DNA of 64,000 bases. It comes from Saccostrea cucullata. Its lineage: Eukaryota. The translations under genes and the position numbers were made by a program. The notes under the pieces are model-generated. The model was not told where the DNA came from and did no database searches. It saw nothing but the letters and a program-made list of their open reading frames with translations. Each line of letters begins with the position of its first letter. Position 1 is the first letter of the stretch. Shown here in pieces: positions 62,654 through 64,000 of the stretch. The DNA is taken from the NCBI RefSeq assembly GCF_032062105.1, contig NW_026935558.1, positions 1 to 64,000 on the forward strand. Direction: 5' to 3'.

Positions 62654-64000
62654 CAGGGTGTCCAAAAACATATGTTACCCTTTTAATCATCCATATCTAT
62701 AGAAACCAAAAGCTATTAAAAAGATATTTTGTCAAATTCTAGCATCTTGCTAAAAACTTTATCTGTCAAAATTTCGGGAAATTCTGTTAAAGATTCAAGT
62801 AATTATGACACCATAATGATGTAATCACATTTTAAGATGAACCTTCAGGTGAACAGTTTGTAGAAAGTGTAAATCTGCTACTTCAGTCATTAGGACCATG
62901 AAAAAACAACACCCTGGAATGAAAGTGCTTAACAGAATGCTATTCCACAGACTTGTTAGGAAGCTTGAAGCTAACGGCAATATATACATGACAGAAGACA
63001 CAATTCTGGTATTGGGAGACCAAGGAGTGTCCGTACAAAAGAGAACATTGATGAAATTGATATAGTTATCGCTGAAACTCAGTAAAAATTAGTAAGACGG
63101 GTAGTACATGAACTAAATGGCACAGTTAGTAAATCTAGTGTTCACAGAATACTGAAATTTGACTTAAAATTGATCCCGTACAAGATGAGTGTTATGCAAC
63201 ATTTAAAAAAGACAGACATTAGAAGTCGTTTGGAATTCGCCCATTGGATTTTAAACAGACACGACTCTGGGAAGCTAACACATGCCATATGGTTTTCCTA
63301 CGAGGCCCACCTCCATATTAGCAATGTTGTAAATAAACAGATTCTGGGGCTCGGAGAAATCCAATTTTTGTGGAGAAACCTCTTAAATGTGAGAAAGTAA
63401 CTGTGTGGGCTGCATTAAGTTCAAGTGGAATAATTGGCCCTTTTTTCTTTAAGGACAGCGAAGGAGATGCAGTGACAGTAAATTCAGATCGGTACTTAAA
63501 GTTGATGAAAACTAAATTTCTACCAGCTCTTGGAGACGAAAATTTGTAAATTTGGACAATGTATGGTTTCAACAGGACGGCGCTGCACCACACACTGCAG
63601 GCTGTGTTCTCCAGTGGCTTGACAACACGTTTGGTGATCAATTAATTTCTTATCGTACTGCAAATGTTTTGCCACCCCACTCCCCTGATCTGAACCCACT
63701 TGATTTCTTCTTGTGGGGCTTTTTAAAAGACAGAGAGTATTCTGATTCCCCACAAAGAACAGAGGAACTAAAGGCACCAATAACACGAGAAATAAGATCA
63801 ATCTCTGTTGATACCTGTAAAGCTGTGGTGAACAACTTCAGAAATCGTGTTCAAACAATGTTAAAGGCAAAGGGACGTCATCTTGAACATATGTTATAAA
63901 ATGTCGTACGTTATTCCCATATTATTTCGGTGAATAATTAGAAAACTGTAATAAATGTATGCTTGACAACAAAATTAAAACAATCTTTTTATATGTTGTA
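62654..64000 (+). mobile_element. Tc1/mariner element of the DD41D (rosa/Visitor) family, inserted in the Gypsy 3' LTR; runs off the window
   Basis: TA|CAGGGTGTCC start; transposase remnants downstream. Confidence 0.8.
62900..63899 (+). pseudogene. DD41D mariner-like transposase, frameshifted
   Basis: IWFSYEAH (first catalytic D replaced by Y), VTVWAALS..GIIGPFF, WFQQDGAAPH, PPHSPDLNPLDFFLWGFLK; 41 residues between the 2nd and 3rd Asp. Confidence 0.88.

Overview
AT-rich, intron-rich animal DNA, almost certainly an oyster (Crassostrea/Magallana-like, inferred from the Helentron/HINE termini and the ~166-bp satellite-type units they carry). Nearly the whole window is nested mobile DNA and I recognise no ordinary host gene. 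The left 36 kb holds two divergently transcribed spliced genes that the ORF track mostly misses. One is a DUF7869-type (Sola-related DDE/D-like) transposase on the minus strand (nine exons in frame, 10816->1312). The other is a 16-exon plus-strand gene (26301-33778) encoding a repeated helical module, a coiled coil, an acidic tract and C-terminal tandem Tudor/chromo-barrel domains. About 2 kb past that gene lie two stacked transposon-like right ends (...GAAAGGG at 35932 with about 20 subterminal GGGA/TCCC motifs, and ...CGCAGTG at 35980), inside an intron of a PIF/Harbinger transposase. My main hypothesis is a giant (>35 kb) DNA transposon pairing a DUF7869 transposase with a chromatin-reader gene; its left end would lie outside the window, so this is unproven. 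The right 28 kb contains a decayed Harbinger (transposase plus PHD-Myb/SANT partner) split by a hAT5-type element with a 5-bp TSD, an Ngaro-type tyrosine-recombinase retrotransposon with split direct repeats, and a Sola-like non-autonomous element. It also contains an internally deleted Gypsy element with an extra C2H2/Pro-rich/KCTD-type BTB ORF, interrupted by an apparently intact ZBED1-like hAT and a DD41D mariner. All family assignments come from motif recognition, not database searches.
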